A stretch of DNA of 64,000 nucleotides. It comes from an uncultured cyanobacterium (lineage in GTDB: Bacteria > Cyanobacteriota > Cyanobacteriia > Cyanobacteriales > Cyanobacteriaceae). The stretch covers positions 1-64,000 of the forward strand of contig CAVVOP010000021.1 in the NCBI GenBank assembly GCA_963749915.1, given 5' to 3'. Below the pieces are notes generated by a model. The model saw only the letters and a list, made by a program, of their open reading frames with translations, did no database searches and was not told the DNA's origin. This document shows, one piece after another, positions 32,627-44,146 of this stretch. The number at the start of each line of letters is the position of its first letter. Position 1 is the stretch's first letter. The translations under genes and the position numbers were made by a program.

Positions 32627-33049
32627 TTAGTTCTTTTCCCCTCTTTGTTGACGAATTTCACTCAAACGATCAGCGATAGCTTGAATTTGTTGTACACTAG
32701 CAGTATCCAAACTATCGGCAAAAGAAGCCACTACGTCAGGATTACTAACTGCCAAAAAACTGTTTAATTGTTCATAGGATTGAATAGCTTGTGCTTGTTC
32801 ACGGGAAATAAGAGGATACCAGTAAAAAGCACGACTTTTCTTTACATATTTTAACCAACCCTTCTTTGTTAATCGTTGTAAAACCGTCATCACAGAAGCA
32901 TAGGCTAATTCTCGTTCGGGATCTGCTAAAATTCTTTCATGAACATCTTTAGCACTAGCAGAACCTAAATCCCAAATAATTTCTAATACTTCTTGTTCTA
33001 AAAACCCTAAGGATAATTTTTCAGGTCGATATTTAGGTAAAAAAGACAT
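32627..33049 (-). CDS. BlaI/MecI/CopY transcriptional regulator
   Basis: LEQEVLEIIW..AYASVMTVLQRLTKKGWL. Confidence 0.92.
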   Translation of the reverse strand: MSFLPKYRPEKLSLGFLEQEVLEIIWDLGSASAKDVHERILADPERELAYASVMTVLQRLTKKGWLKYVKKSRAFYWYPLISREQAQAIQSYEQLNSFLAVSNPDVVASFADSLDTASVQQIQAIADRLSEIRQQRGEKN

Positions 33050-33298
33050 GGATGGTATAAGATCTTAGTTTATTATTGTCTAATTTTATCAGTTCTTTCC
33101 ACAATCAGAAATTCTTAATAAAAAAGGCAATGATTGTTCAGTAGCTTAAGCAGTTAACGACTATGGAGAAGATGGGTCAATTACTGTAATTCAGCCTCAG
33201 AAAATTAAAAGAGGGAGAAATCATTTTTTATATTTTGAAATCTAAATTTGATTTTGAGAAATAACTTGTTAATTTAAGAAAAATAGGAGTACATAAAA

Positions 33299-34135
33299 AT
33301 GGGGTTTAAAACCTTAATGTTTTTGATAGTTATTATAATGATGAGCTTGTTTTTTGTTCAAAACTTAGAATCTATATCATTAGTATTTTTAGGATTTAAG
33401 TCCCTTAGTTTACCGTTATCGTTCTGGGTTATTTTGGCATTATTTGCGGGAATTTTCTCAAGCTTAATAATTCAACTTTTAAGCAACAATCCAACCCCAA
33501 AAACAAAATCTAATCAATCTTTTTCCTCCGACAATATACCCAATAATTTTCCCCCTTCAGCACCATATAATCCCCCACCGGTACCACCATCATTTGCAAA
33601 TAAACCTAAAACTGAAAAAAAAGACTTTTCAAAACCCTCCATTTATACTAAAAATACTGTTCTCAACAATCAATTTGATGAGTCAGAAGGAGATTTTGAT
33701 TTTGACGCTATACCAGAAAATATTAATGAGGATAAGCAAATTTTACAAAAAAAGAATCTGATAAATTCAGAAATCAATAATATTGATGTTAACCCCTTAT
33801 CTGAACAAGAATCTATCCCGTCCACTGAAATAAAGTCAGAAAGGGAATTTACTCCTTCATTATCAGAAGACATAGAAGATATACCCTTAGAAACTATTTT
33901 AAAACCCCGTGAAGCCTCTATTTATTCCTATCAATCCAGAGAAAAAACAGAAATTAAGCCCAAATTATCTACCCCTCAAGGAAATAAACAAAAACAACCA
34001 TCCCCCAATAATCCCAGTAAAAATGATCGAGGCGGAATATATGATGCCCCTTATCGAGTTATTGCCCCTGCCGATGATAATAACGAAGAAATTGATCGTG
34101 ATTTCAATGATGATGACGAAGATTGGGATTTTTAA
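33299..34135 (+). CDS. LapA-like membrane protein with a low-complexity tail
   Basis: FVQN..LVFLG..LPL two-TM start. C-terminal YDAPYRVI and acidic end. Confidence 0.7.
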   Translation: MGFKTLMFLIVIIMMSLFFVQNLESISLVFLGFKSLSLPLSFWVILALFAGIFSSLIIQLLSNNPTPKTKSNQSFSSDNIPNNFPPSAPYNPPPVPPSFANKPKTEKKDFSKPSIYTKNTVLNNQFDESEGDFDFDAIPENINEDKQILQKKNLINSEINNIDVNPLSEQESIPSTEIKSEREFTPSLSEDIEDIPLETILKPREASIYSYQSREKTEIKPKLSTPQGNKQKQPSPNNPSKNDRGGIYDAPYRVIAPADDNNEEIDRDFNDDDEDWDF

Positions 34136-34192
34136 GACAAATTCCATTCTCTAAAATATTGATGCCACCGCAAGATAAAATATGAAGACAAC

Positions 34193-34224
34193 AAAAAAGC
34201 ACCAATGCCATTGACACTGATACT
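34193..34224 (-). terminator. Rho-independent terminator after ssrA
   Basis: Minus strand AGTATCAGTGTC-AAT-GGCATTGGTGCT followed by a T run. Stem includes G-U pairs. Confidence 0.6.
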
Positions 34225-34236
34225 TTCCGAATGTTA

Positions 34237-34622
34237 TGGAGCTGAGCAGAGTCGAACTGCTGTCCAAACTGGTTATTTACCTATCGCTCATTCACAGGCG
34301 TAGCCCCTTTAATCCTCAGGGCGGGAACCATCAATTGTCCCTAATGGTAGGATTTTCCAGTGTTTTCTTAACTCGGTGACGGACTAGAAACCTTCACAGA
34401 GAGCATCCGTTGAGGGTTGCCTATAATACTTAACGGAGTCATACCATAAGCGCTCGAACCGAAATTAGGTCTTAGGCAGCAACAGGTGCAGCTTTACGAG
34501 CAAAAGGAACGATGTTGTTCGCAGTTACATTTTTTTTGAGTCCGGTATTTCCGAGAGAAGACTCACTCTCGACCTGGATCACGGGTCAGCTTTCACCAAC
34601 CTGTCGAAACCGTTACAGCCCC
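34237..34622 (-). ncRNA. ssrA: tmRNA, one-piece
   Basis: 5' GGGGCTGTAACGGTTTCGAC. 3' T-arm GCAGTTCGACTCTGCTCAGCTCCA. Tag frame 34522-34472 encodes ANNIVPFARKAAPVAA*. Confidence 0.97.
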
Positions 34623-34772
34623 CTTCTACTATCATTATAACTCTTATTTTTATAACTAGCAAATCTAAGTTAAACGTAACGAAATATTAATAAACTCTAG
34701 GGAAAAAGTCGGCGATCGCCTTAAACTAAGAAAACAGTCATTATTTATTTAACCCCATTAAAATATAAAACT

Positions 34773-35765
34773 ATGTTTCCTCTTAATCGCCCCCGTCGTT
34801 TGCGTCAGAATCCCCAACTACGACGCATGGTACAAGAAACAGTATTAACCCCTAGCGATTTAATTTATCCCTTATTTGCTGTGCCGGGCAATGCCATCGC
34901 CAAGGAAGTAAAATCCATGCCCGGAGTATATCAGTTATCGGTGGATAAAATTGTGGAAGAAGCCAAAGAAGTCTTTGATTTAGGCATTCCCGCTATTATT
35001 TTATTTGGGATTCCGACGGATAAAGACAATGACGCTACAGGAGCATGGCATGATTGTGGAATAGTCCAAAAAGCCGCTACCGCAGTCAAAAAATCCGTAC
35101 CAGATTTAATTGTCATCGCCGATACTTGCCTTTGCGAATACACCCCTCATGGCCATTGTGGTTATTTAGAGGTAGGAGATTTAGCCGGACGAGTCTTAAA
35201 TGATCCTACCCTAGAATTACTAAAAAAAACCGCCGTTTCTCAGGCCGAAGCTGGTGCTGATATTATTGCACCTTCTGGTATGATGGACGGTTTTGTTACT
35301 TCTATCCGACAGGCTTTAGACGAGGCTGGTTTTGAAAATACCCCGATTCTTTCCTATGCCGCTAAGTATGCCTCTGCTTATTATGGTCCCTTCCGAGATG
35401 CCGCCGAATCCGCGCCTAGTCATGGGGATCGCCGTACCTATCAAATGAATCCAGCAAACGCCCTTGAGGCCTTGAAAGAGGTAGAATTAGACATCGCCGA
35501 GGGTGCGGATATGTTGATGGTAAAACCGGCCTTATCCTATATGGACATAATCTGGCGTGTGAAAGAAAGAACCAATTTACCTGTAGCCGCCTATAACGTG
35601 TCGGGAGAATATTCTATGGTAAAAGCCGCCGCGCTTAACGGTTGGATAGATGAGAAAAAAGTAACTCTTGAAACCTTAACTAGCTTCAAACGTGCCGGGT
35701 CCGACTTAATTTTAACATATCATGCTAAAGACGCAGTGCGTTGGCTCAATGAAATAAGTTTTTAA
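34773..35765 (+). CDS. hemB: Porphobilinogen synthase
   Basis: [23 protein letters not shown] and YNVSGEY motifs. Confidence 0.98.
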   Translation: MFPLNRPRRLRQNPQLRRMVQETVLTPSDLIYPLFAVPGNAIAKEVKSMPGVYQLSVDKIVEEAKEVFDLGIPAIILFGIPTDKDNDATGAWHDCGIVQKAATAVKKSVPDLIVIADTCLCEYTPHGHCGYLEVGDLAGRVLNDPTLELLKKTAVSQAEAGADIIAPSGMMDGFVTSIRQALDEAGFENTPILSYAAKYASAYYGPFRDAAESAPSHGDRRTYQMNPANALEALKEVELDIAEGADMLMVKPALSYMDIIWRVKERTNLPVAAYNVSGEYSMVKAAALNGWIDEKKVTLETLTSFKRAGSDLILTYHAKDAVRWLNEISF

Positions 35766-35846
35766 TCCCCCTCACGAAAAGTTTTTCAACAACCCCTAGT
35801 TATGAGTTGTTTTTTCCATTAAATTAAATTGAATTGAAAAAAAATT

Positions 35847-36635
35847 ATGAAATTCAGATCAGAAATTTCCAAGTATTCTCGTATTTTTATCGGTTTAACT
35901 CTTTTTCTCTCACCCATAGCGATAATTTATCCCAACTTCCAAAATCAAGTACTAGCCCAAAATAATCGAATTAGTTTACTAAATCAAGGAAAAGGCACAT
36001 TTTCTTTAGGTGGCAAAAAAAGAGATAATGTGACATCTGTATCAGTGATATTACAAAATGATCAAGCTCAAGTTAGCTTCTTTTTAGGTAACAACCAAAT
36101 TATTCGCTTTGGCGGTACATTTACCCGACAAACCCCCCAACAAGTCAGAATTAATCTCACCAATTCAGGTACTGCTGATGCTGGAGGAAGTCTATTACTG
36201 GAATATCATAATAATAATGTTACTCAATTAAATGGTCAAGGTACTCTTGATGGTGAAAAATTTAATCTTCTTTTTAGAGGAGATAAAGCCAGTTCTCAAG
36301 CGGAAAAGAATAATAACCTAAATATTCAGCAAGAGGGAGAAGGCTTATTTAATCTACAATCAAGACAAGCACAGCATATTACTTTTGTGGTAGTGACAGT
36401 TGATAACCACCAAAAAGCTAGAGTTTCTTTAGGTTTAAAGAATGGTAATGTTATCAATTTTGAAGGCAAACCAGCTCAAAGAGATGCTTATAGTATTAGA
36501 ATCAATGTTAATAACTCTGGTATGGCATCGGCTACGGGATTTTTTACTGTTGAATTAGCTGCCAATAATTCTATTAGTAATTTAATTGGACAAGGAAATA
36601 TTGACGGACAAACTTTTTTAGCGAATTTTAGATAA
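35847..36635 (+). CDS. Secreted hypothetical protein with two tandem beta-rich repeats
   Basis: Signal peptide ending VLA-Q. Two copies of G.G.F.L..F.G..RIN..NSG.A.A.G..L.GQG..DG..F...FR. Confidence 0.75.
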   Translation: MKFRSEISKYSRIFIGLTLFLSPIAIIYPNFQNQVLAQNNRISLLNQGKGTFSLGGKKRDNVTSVSVILQNDQAQVSFFLGNNQIIRFGGTFTRQTPQQVRINLTNSGTADAGGSLLLEYHNNNVTQLNGQGTLDGEKFNLLFRGDKASSQAEKNNNLNIQQEGEGLFNLQSRQAQHITFVVVTVDNHQKARVSLGLKNGNVINFEGKPAQRDAYSIRINVNNSGMASATGFFTVELAANNSISNLIGQGNIDGQTFLANFR

Positions 36636-36690
36636 CTGAGATTACCTAGCCTCAAGTAACTTTTTTATATCCTGAGATCACAGTTGTTTA

Positions 36691-38070
36691 CTATTTTCCG
36701 ATACAAAAACGGCTAAAAATACGATCTAATATTGACTCAGTTACTTCTTCTCCTGTGATTTCTCCTAATGCTTGAATAGCAATGCGTAAATCGATAGTCC
36801 AAAAATCGAGAGGCAGTTGATTTTTGATGGTTTCTTCTACTTGAATTAAGGCTAATTTTGCCCGGGTTAAGGCGGCGGCTTGCCGTTGATTTATGGCGAT
36901 GTCTAAATCTTGGGCGGCAGTTTCTCCCCTTTGAATTGTCTTGACGATGGCACTTTCTAAGGCTTCTATTCCCTCATTTATGGCTACAGCGGCGACTACC
37001 ACCCGCTTGATTTCTGAGGGGTATTTAACAGTGTCGGCATTGGCTATATCGGTTTTATTAATGACTAAAATTAGGTTCAATTCTCGGATTTGTTGATAAA
37101 TTTCTTGATCTTCTTGAGTCCATCCTGTGGTAGCATCGACAGTAAAGAGGATTAAATCAGCTTGTGATACCACTTTAAGCGATCGCTCTACACCAATTTT
37201 TTCGACAGTATCTTCGGTTTCTCTAATTCCTGCGGTGTCTAAAACTTGAATGGGGATACCTTGCACCACTAACTGAGATTCTACCACGTCCCTAGTGGTT
37301 CCAGGCAAGTTGGTGACAATAGCTCGATCGCTTTTACTCCAAGTATTCAAAAGGCTGGATTTACCGACATTCGGACGCCCCACAATGGCGACTTTGACGC
37401 CACTGCGCAATAATTCCCCTTGATCTTTGGTAGCTAAAATATATTTAACTCGACCTAAATTATTATCTAAATCCTGCTTAATTTGCACTTCATCGAGAGG
37501 GGGTAAATCCTCCTCAAAATCAATTCTCGCCTCAACTTCCGCTAAAATATCCAATAAGGAATGACGAATTTGGCGAATAGGTTGGGCTAATTTGCCTCGT
37601 AAACCAGCTAAGGCAATATAGGAGGCCTGAGAAGATTTTGCCCCCACAATTTCAGCGACACTTTCCGCCATCGTTAAGTCAATTCTACCGTTTAAAAAGG
37701 CTCTGAGGGTAAATTCTCCCGCACTGGCTAATCTTGCACCGGATTCTAAGCATAACTCTAAAACTTGTTGTACGGGAATAATGCCCCCGTGACAGTGAAA
37801 TTCGATGACATCTTCACGGGTATAAGATCGAGGTGATAGCATTAATAATACTAAAACTTCATCAATGATTTGTGTTGTCTCAGGATTTCGAATATAACCG
37901 TAAAGGATTTGATGAGATTCCCATGACGGCTTACCTTGAGGCTTAAAAATTTTTTGGGTAATATCTAAAGCTGTGGCACCACTTAGCCTCACAATACCGA
38001 TGCTACCCTGGTTTGGCACAACTGCCGAGGCGATCGCGACAATAGTTTCTTGTTGAATTATCTTTTTCAC
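36691..38070 (-). CDS. mnmE: tRNA modification GTPase
   Basis: [22 protein letters not shown] and terminal FCIGK. Confidence 0.98.
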   Translation of the reverse strand: MKKIIQQETIVAIASAVVPNQGSIGIVRLSGATALDITQKIFKPQGKPSWESHQILYGYIRNPETTQIIDEVLVLLMLSPRSYTREDVIEFHCHGGIIPVQQVLELCLESGARLASAGEFTLRAFLNGRIDLTMAESVAEIVGAKSSQASYIALAGLRGKLAQPIRQIRHSLLDILAEVEARIDFEEDLPPLDEVQIKQDLDNNLGRVKYILATKDQGELLRSGVKVAIVGRPNVGKSSLLNTWSKSDRAIVTNLPGTTRDVVESQLVVQGIPIQVLDTAGIRETEDTVEKIGVERSLKVVSQADLILFTVDATTGWTQEDQEIYQQIRELNLILVINKTDIANADTVKYPSEIKRVVVAAVAINEGIEALESAIVKTIQRGETAAQDLDIAINQRQAAALTRAKLALIQVEETIKNQLPLDFWTIDLRIAIQALGEITGEEVTESILDRIFSRFCIGK

Positions 38071-38162
38071 TATTTTATACTAAAAGCAAAAAGCAAAAGC
38101 TAATTACTTGGGCAAGTGCAATTTACCCCTATATTGTTAATTGTTAATTATTCATTTACTAA

Positions 38163-38288
38163 CTAGCTTTGTTTGTTTAAGAATTTTTGTGCTTGACTGA
38201 TGGCCAGTGTACCGATATTAAATACAGCCCAACCACCTGCGATCGCTAAAGGTAATACAACGATTAAAATTCTCCAATCAAAATCCAT
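38163..38288 (-). CDS. psbY: Photosystem II protein Y (absent from the ORF track)
   Basis: Manual translation MDFDWRILIVVLPLAIAGGWAVFNIGTLAISQAQKFLNKQS*. Confidence 0.93.
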   Translation of the reverse strand: MDFDWRILIVVLPLAIAGGWAVFNIGTLAISQAQKFLNKQS

Positions 38289-38586
38289 ATTTAATACTCC
38301 TGTTTCTATAATTCTCTTCCATTAGAAAATGATAACATTTGTTGCAATCATTCAACAGGAGAAATAGTAATTTAGAGAAAAAATATTGTGTTACCAAAGT
38401 ATTGTCAAACTTATAATTTTTAGTGAATAAAAAGTTATTGCTAGTTATTGCTGAAAGTCTCACAAAGACGCAAAAATGGAAAGGATAAACCGGGTGGTTA
38501 TATCTTTGTTGCTGAACAAGAAAAAAATAATATTCTTGCGGATTATCTTTCTGCCTTCGCTCCGTCAGGAGCTTATTACTTAAATG

Positions 38587-39528
38587 CTATAATGTTACGA
38601 TGCCATGAGAACACACTTGGGTTACCCAACAATTTAAGTTTGGATCATTAATGTTTTTTTGTACTTCAGATGCGATCGATTCTGCCCGAGTTTGATTATC
38701 ACACAAAGCAAATACGGTGGAACCTGATCCTGACATCATAGCACCTAAAACATTTTTAGCCTTAAAGGCGTTAATTAAGGCTTGTACCTGGGGAAATTCG
38801 GCTAAAACGACTTTTTCCAAGTCATTATATAATAATGCTCCAATTTGCCGGGAATTTTTATTACTGATGGCCTTAACTAAATTCCCACTATGAACTTGAT
38901 GAGTACGTTGATTAACACTGTGAGAATCGGAGATGTAAAGATGATTAAATTGCTCTCGGTAGCTATTATAAGCCCAAGAGGTAGAAATACTTAAATTGCT
39001 GTATTTTGCCAAAATAACCCAAATATCGCTTAAATCTGGTAGCGGTTCGATTTCTTCTCCCCTACCGGTGGCGATCGCCGTGCCTCCAGAAATACAAAAA
39101 GGTACATCCGAACCCAATAAAGCCCCAAAATCTCGTAATTCAGGTTGAGTTAAACCCAGCGACCACATTAAATTAATTCCAACTAACACTGCCGCGGCAT
39201 TGGTTGAACCTCCTGCTAAACCCGCCGCCACAGGGATATTTTTCTCGATCATAATGTCAAAACCGCCAAAATTTTGGGCAGGTTTGGGAAATTGTTGTTG
39301 CATCAAATAAGCGGCTTTATAGGCTAAGTTGCTATTATCGAGGGGTACTTGCGGATTTTGACAAAAGAGGCGGATTTCATCGGTACCATTAGCCCTTAAA
39401 TGAATTATATCCCCCAGATTAATGCTTTGCATAATCATCACTAATTGATGATAACCGTCGGGGCGATCACCTATGATTTCCAGGTGAAGATTAATTTTGG
39501 CAGGTGCAAATAGAGAGTAAGATTGCAT
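38587..39528 (-). CDS. ispE: CDP-ME kinase
   Basis: APAKINL, IPVAAGLAGGS, LGSDVPF and MSGSG motifs. Confidence 0.97.
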   Translation of the reverse strand: MQSYSLFAPAKINLHLEIIGDRPDGYHQLVMIMQSINLGDIIHLRANGTDEIRLFCQNPQVPLDNSNLAYKAAYLMQQQFPKPAQNFGGFDIMIEKNIPVAAGLAGGSTNAAAVLVGINLMWSLGLTQPELRDFGALLGSDVPFCISGGTAIATGRGEEIEPLPDLSDIWVILAKYSNLSISTSWAYNSYREQFNHLYISDSHSVNQRTHQVHSGNLVKAISNKNSRQIGALLYNDLEKVVLAEFPQVQALINAFKAKNVLGAMMSGSGSTVFALCDNQTRAESIASEVQKNINDPNLNCWVTQVCSHGIVTL

Positions 39529-39564
39529 AGAATTTAATAGTCAAAGCAACAATAACAATAATAT

Positions 39565-39846
39565 ATGAGTACAGATCAAAAACACCCATTAGGTCATATT
39601 GATCGGGAAATCATCAAAAAAATTTTTGTCGAAGGTAAAACTGATTATAATTTAGCGGAAGTCGCACGCCTGAAAATGCGTTATCAAAATTTTCCGGGGG
39701 CTAGAGATATTCAATATGATTTAGAATCCATTTTACAACAATGGGAATTAACGGAAGAAGAACTTTTTGCGGAAACAAGAATTTTACATAATAAGGGAAA
39801 AATATATCGTAAACATAAAGAAGATGAAAACGAAGATTGGATTTAA
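39565..39846 (+). CDS. DUF3288-like conserved cyanobacterial protein
   Basis: QKHP..DR..ARL..RY..FPGARDI pattern. Confidence 0.8.
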   Translation: MSTDQKHPLGHIDREIIKKIFVEGKTDYNLAEVARLKMRYQNFPGARDIQYDLESILQQWELTEEELFAETRILHNKGKIYRKHKEDENEDWI

Positions 39847-39908
39847 AATTCTGAAAAAATTTATCATATCCATCTAAACTAGAAGAGCCAAAATTATCAC
39901 TTATTTTT

Positions 39909-40571
39909 TTATTTTTTCATTGCCAAAGTTAAACCATCTGCCATAGAAATCATACTTAGATCAATGCGATTGTCTTGGAATAATTGAGTGTTAAATTCCC
40001 TAATTTTTTGAGTTCTATTATCATTAACATTATTATCGGCTACTTTGCCATGCCAAAGTACATTATCAATGACAATTAAACCACCTTTTCTAAGTAATGG
40101 TAAGGATTTTTCATAATAATTATGATAGTTACTTTTATCCCCATCAATAAAGACAAAATCAAAGGTTTCTGTTTCTCCGTTAGTAATTAATTCTTCTAAA
40201 GTTTGTAAAGCTGGTTTAAGATATAAGGTAATTTTACGGGCGACTTGGGCTTTTTGCCAATAACGTTGTGCAATATCGGTAAAATCTTCCCGTATATCAC
40301 AGGCGATAAGTTTTCCATCTTCTGGTAATGCTAAAGCCATGGCAGTAGAACTGTAGCCCATAAAGACACCGATTTCAAGAATCTTTTTTACCCCCATTAA
40401 TTTAATTAATAATGCCAAAAATTGGGCTTGATCCGGTGAAATTTGCATTTTTCCTAGGGGGTGAGAGGAGGCTTCTTGCCGTAATTCCTGTAAGATTTTC
40501 GACTCTCTTAAAGATACTGATAACAAATATTCGTATAATTGAGGGGATAGGTCTAAATTTTTGATGGCCAT
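39909..40571 (-). CDS. Caffeoyl-CoA-type O-methyltransferase
   Basis: LEIGVFMGYS, FDFVFIDGDK and DNVLW motifs. Confidence 0.93.
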   Translation of the reverse strand: MAIKNLDLSPQLYEYLLSVSLRESKILQELRQEASSHPLGKMQISPDQAQFLALLIKLMGVKKILEIGVFMGYSSTAMALALPEDGKLIACDIREDFTDIAQRYWQKAQVARKITLYLKPALQTLEELITNGETETFDFVFIDGDKSNYHNYYEKSLPLLRKGGLIVIDNVLWHGKVADNNVNDNRTQKIREFNTQLFQDNRIDLSMISMADGLTLAMKK

Positions 40572-40721
40572 TTTTAGACAATGGAGAATTAATAATTCGT
40601 TAAAGTATTAAGCTGTCGGGAAAAATTAACAATAAATCAACTATCCGCTATTCTATGGGCAGGATATCCTAACTGCTCGACAAATGTCAACTGTTAACTG
40701 TCAATGATTAATTACTAATTT

Positions 40722-42281
40722 ATGTTTAATTTATCGGATAATTTCATTACCATAGCTATTACTTTAGTCGCTCTAATAATCATTATTTGGGGTTATAATC
40801 GAGCTAAACCTTTTGGCGAAATAGGCATTTTAGCATGGTTACAATCTCTAGCCTTAATGACTCCTTGGTTGGTTTTTTTTGGTTTATTAGCCACAGGTAT
40901 ATATATTAGTCTTATCGCTGTTATTTTACTTTTAGTTTTATCGGCAAGTATTTATATTTATATAGGTAATTTAATTAGAAAAAAAGCTGGGGATAATGCT
41001 AATAGGAATTTAGATGAGGTTAAAAAGCAATTAACCTTGAAGCTAAAAGAAAATGAACAAGAAGGAAACAAAGAGGAAAATGCATCATTAAATAATAAAC
41101 CTAGCACTTTTAAAGAGAGTCAATTTCCTCTTAAAATAGAACAAATACAACCAAATTTTACTCCTCTTAATGAAGAAGATTTAAAGATTATTAAAACTAT
41201 TTTCGGTATCGATACTTTTTTTATTACTGAAACGATTCCCTATCAGGAAGGAGTTATTTTAAAGGGGAATTTACGAGGAGAAGCCGATTATACTCACCAA
41301 CATTTGACGGAAAAATTAACAGAAAAATTAGGAGATAAATACCGTTTATTTTTGGTAGAAACCCCCGAAGGAAAACCCGTTGTTATCATTTTACCTAGTA
41401 CTAACGATCCTAAACCCTTAACCTTAGTACAGAAAAATTTAGCCCTAGTGTTATTTTTAGCCACTATTTTTACTACCATGGAAGCGATCGCCTTACTGTT
41501 AGGATTTGATTTAATTGGTAATTGGAATCGTTATCAAGAAGTTCTACCCTTATGTATCGGTTTATGGGTGATTTTATTCGCTCACGAAATGGGACATCAA
41601 ATTATCGGTGCTAAAAATAACGTTAAAATTAGCTTACCTTTCTTCTTGCCTACCATCCAAATTGGAAGTTTTGGTGCTATTACTCGTTTTGAATCTATCA
41701 TCCCTAACCGTTCTGTCTTATTTGATGTTTCTTTTGCCGGACCAGCCGCTGGATTTGCTGTCTCTTTAGTGATATTACTTTTGGGTTTATTGATGTCCAA
41801 TGGTGAAAATGCTTTTGAAATTCCCACTAACTTTTTTCAGGGTTCAATATTAGTGGGTCTTTTAGCAAAATTATTTTTCAATTCTGCCTTACAAGGTGAC
41901 ACTGTGGGGGTAAATCCCTTAACGATTTTAGGTTGGTTAGGGTTAGTTATTACCGCCTTAAATCTCTTACCTGCAGGTCAATTAGATGGTGGTAGAATCA
42001 TTCAAGCAATCTATGGTAGAAAAACCTGTCGCCGTTCTACTATTGGCACATTAGTCATTTTAGGTATTGTTAGCATCCTCAACCCTATTAATTCTTTACC
42101 CTTTTATTGGGCGATCGTAATTTTATTTTTACAAAGAGATTTAGAGCGTCCTAGCTTAAATGAAATAACTGAACCTGATGATACCAGAGCGGCTTGGGGA
42201 TTAATATTAATTTTCTTATCCTTAACTACTTTAATCCCTATCACTCCGACTTTAGCTAGTCGTTTAGGTATCGGTTTTTAA
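40722..42281 (+). CDS. Site-2 (M50) membrane metalloprotease
   Basis: HEMGH and NLLPAGQLDGG motifs. Confidence 0.93.
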   Translation: MFNLSDNFITIAITLVALIIIIWGYNRAKPFGEIGILAWLQSLALMTPWLVFFGLLATGIYISLIAVILLLVLSASIYIYIGNLIRKKAGDNANRNLDEVKKQLTLKLKENEQEGNKEENASLNNKPSTFKESQFPLKIEQIQPNFTPLNEEDLKIIKTIFGIDTFFITETIPYQEGVILKGNLRGEADYTHQHLTEKLTEKLGDKYRLFLVETPEGKPVVIILPSTNDPKPLTLVQKNLALVLFLATIFTTMEAIALLLGFDLIGNWNRYQEVLPLCIGLWVILFAHEMGHQIIGAKNNVKISLPFFLPTIQIGSFGAITRFESIIPNRSVLFDVSFAGPAAGFAVSLVILLLGLLMSNGENAFEIPTNFFQGSILVGLLAKLFFNSALQGDTVGVNPLTILGWLGLVITALNLLPAGQLDGGRIIQAIYGRKTCRRSTIGTLVILGIVSILNPINSLPFYWAIVILFLQRDLERPSLNEITEPDDTRAAWGLILIFLSLTTLIPITPTLASRLGIGF

Positions 42282-42343
42282 TGGATAATTAATAATTTAG
42301 AATTTATTTCCTAAGTTATTTTGTCCCCACCAAGAGATGTAGT

Positions 42344-43993
42344 AACTCATTGTTCGCTTATTTGAAAAAGTAAAAATTTGAAAAATAACTTCAAATGTTT
42401 AATAGATAAGGATTTTAGCCAAAAAAGTAGCAACGAAGTATAGAAGGTAGGGGAGATGATTTTTGTTAGCGATTTTGATACTATAACTTACTCTCAAAAA
42501 TAAAAATTATCAGACTTGGGCTACACCACAAAAATCAGTTAGTGTAATCAATACTATAATAAAAGGAGATTGATTGACTCAACATGAAGTTTTTTTGTGG
42601 GCAGGAGAAATGTATTGGGATTTTCCTCCAATTTAATTATTTTTCCCTTTTTTATTATTGTCTAAAATACGCTAATCATTAATAATTTTTCGGCGGTGGG
42701 ACGATTAGTACTGCGTTTAGGATTACCATCATAAAGACCTGCTAAACTTGATTGAGATTGATGTAATTCACGGCGAACTACAAATTCCATCAGGGTAAAC
42801 ACCCTCAAAGCAATGGTTAACAAAAACATCAATCCTCTAATTTTGTCTTCATCCCTGAAATAAATGGGTAAAGCGGATAAACGACCTTTTTTAAAGCGGT
42901 GAAACCCCTGTTCTGGTTGCCATTGTTCTTTGTAGGATTCTACTGCTTCTGTCAACGTTAATCTATCCTTCGAGGCATTTGTTACATATAAACGCCAACC
43001 TGCTAGTTTCTCCATTTCATTAATTTCTCCTTGACAACGTTGATAGCCGAGGGTCAAAGTAGTCTTGCGTACTCGGCGATAAGATGACGATTCAGAACGA
43101 TTTCCAAATCCTTGATACACCTTGTCATAACTCATCTTTTTTTCGATTGAATATTCCATGTATTTTGAGATCCGATTGCTTTTTAGTATCTCTTCTACTT
43201 TCCTACATAATACTTGCTCCTCATTTCCAGGTCGCTGTGCTAAGGTAGCTAAAGCTTTTTCCCCTTTGAGTAAACGACTGTGTAAACCCTTAATTTGACG
43301 AGATGCTAAGGCATTTGATTTTACTACTAACCATCTTTCTTCCCACTAATGGCATTCCACAGGGATCTAATGTACCCAACATTTGACGATATTGTTGTAA
43401 ATCTGGTCGTTTATCTTTACTGTAACCGAATTTTATCAAAGATGATTCTTGCTCTGTTTCTGATGTTTGATGATATACCGCAAAACTTGTAGTATCACTT
43501 CGGGCTTTTTGGGTTGGTAATTCATAAGCTTTGATTAAATGCTTCGATAGGGATGTTTCCATCGTAGGAATGCTTTGCTCACCACTAATTCCAATGGTTT
43601 TTAACAAGTCTCCGCAACGGTCATCTGTAGCATCTTTTTCGGCTATGTTCCATCCTGTTATGGCTGAAAGACTGTGATGATGGTCATTAACCCATTTTTC
43701 TAGACAACAAAGGCGATGGTCTGCTTCACTGATAATATACGTGAGTAATAATACAGCTAGTTGACCATAACTTAATCCTTTGCGATTACCATGAGGTGTC
43801 AATAAATTTTCATCGATGATTGCGGCAATATTCATTTGCGTTAGCCAATAGATAATTAATGGTAAATCATCTACTCGTTCTGACTGGATTTGTGGAATAA
43901 TCTTTTGACTCCATGTTGCTTAATGCTTTATCCAGTCCAGATTTTAACCTTTTTTTGTCAGTTATCTGATTTTATTTAAGCGAACGATGAGTT
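42344..43993 (-). mobile_element. Degenerate IS1634-family element with an internal deletion and frameshifts
   Basis: TIR AACTCATTGTTCGCTTA (42344) / TAAGCGAACGATGAGTT (ends 43993). Transposase pieces ERVDDLP, DTTS, GYSKDKRPDL and EQGFHRFK. Confidence 0.88.
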
Positions 43994-44146
43994 GCTAGGT
44001 CTCAAGGTTTGTTTAAATTTTGGGTGTCTTTTCAGTTCTCTTACTGACGTGGTGTCCTGGATCTAGATTGAACAATCTCCTTTATCTGCAACAATGGAGA
44101 ACTTCCGTTCTAAATCCACGAAAGTCTTATAGAAATATCAAGTTTT

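Noticed and set aside
34237..34270. ssrA as the integration site of the islands
   Set aside because: No duplicate of the ssrA 3' end and no integrase found by eye, and both neighbours are backbone genes.
38278..38651. Short ORFs 38278-38463 and 38448-38651
   Set aside because: They cover the psbY upstream region and the ispE end and have no recognisable protein features.
39861..39897. Second complete ISL3-type MITE
   Set aside because: Only one end (CTAGAAGAGCC) is present, with no matching left TIR or TSD.
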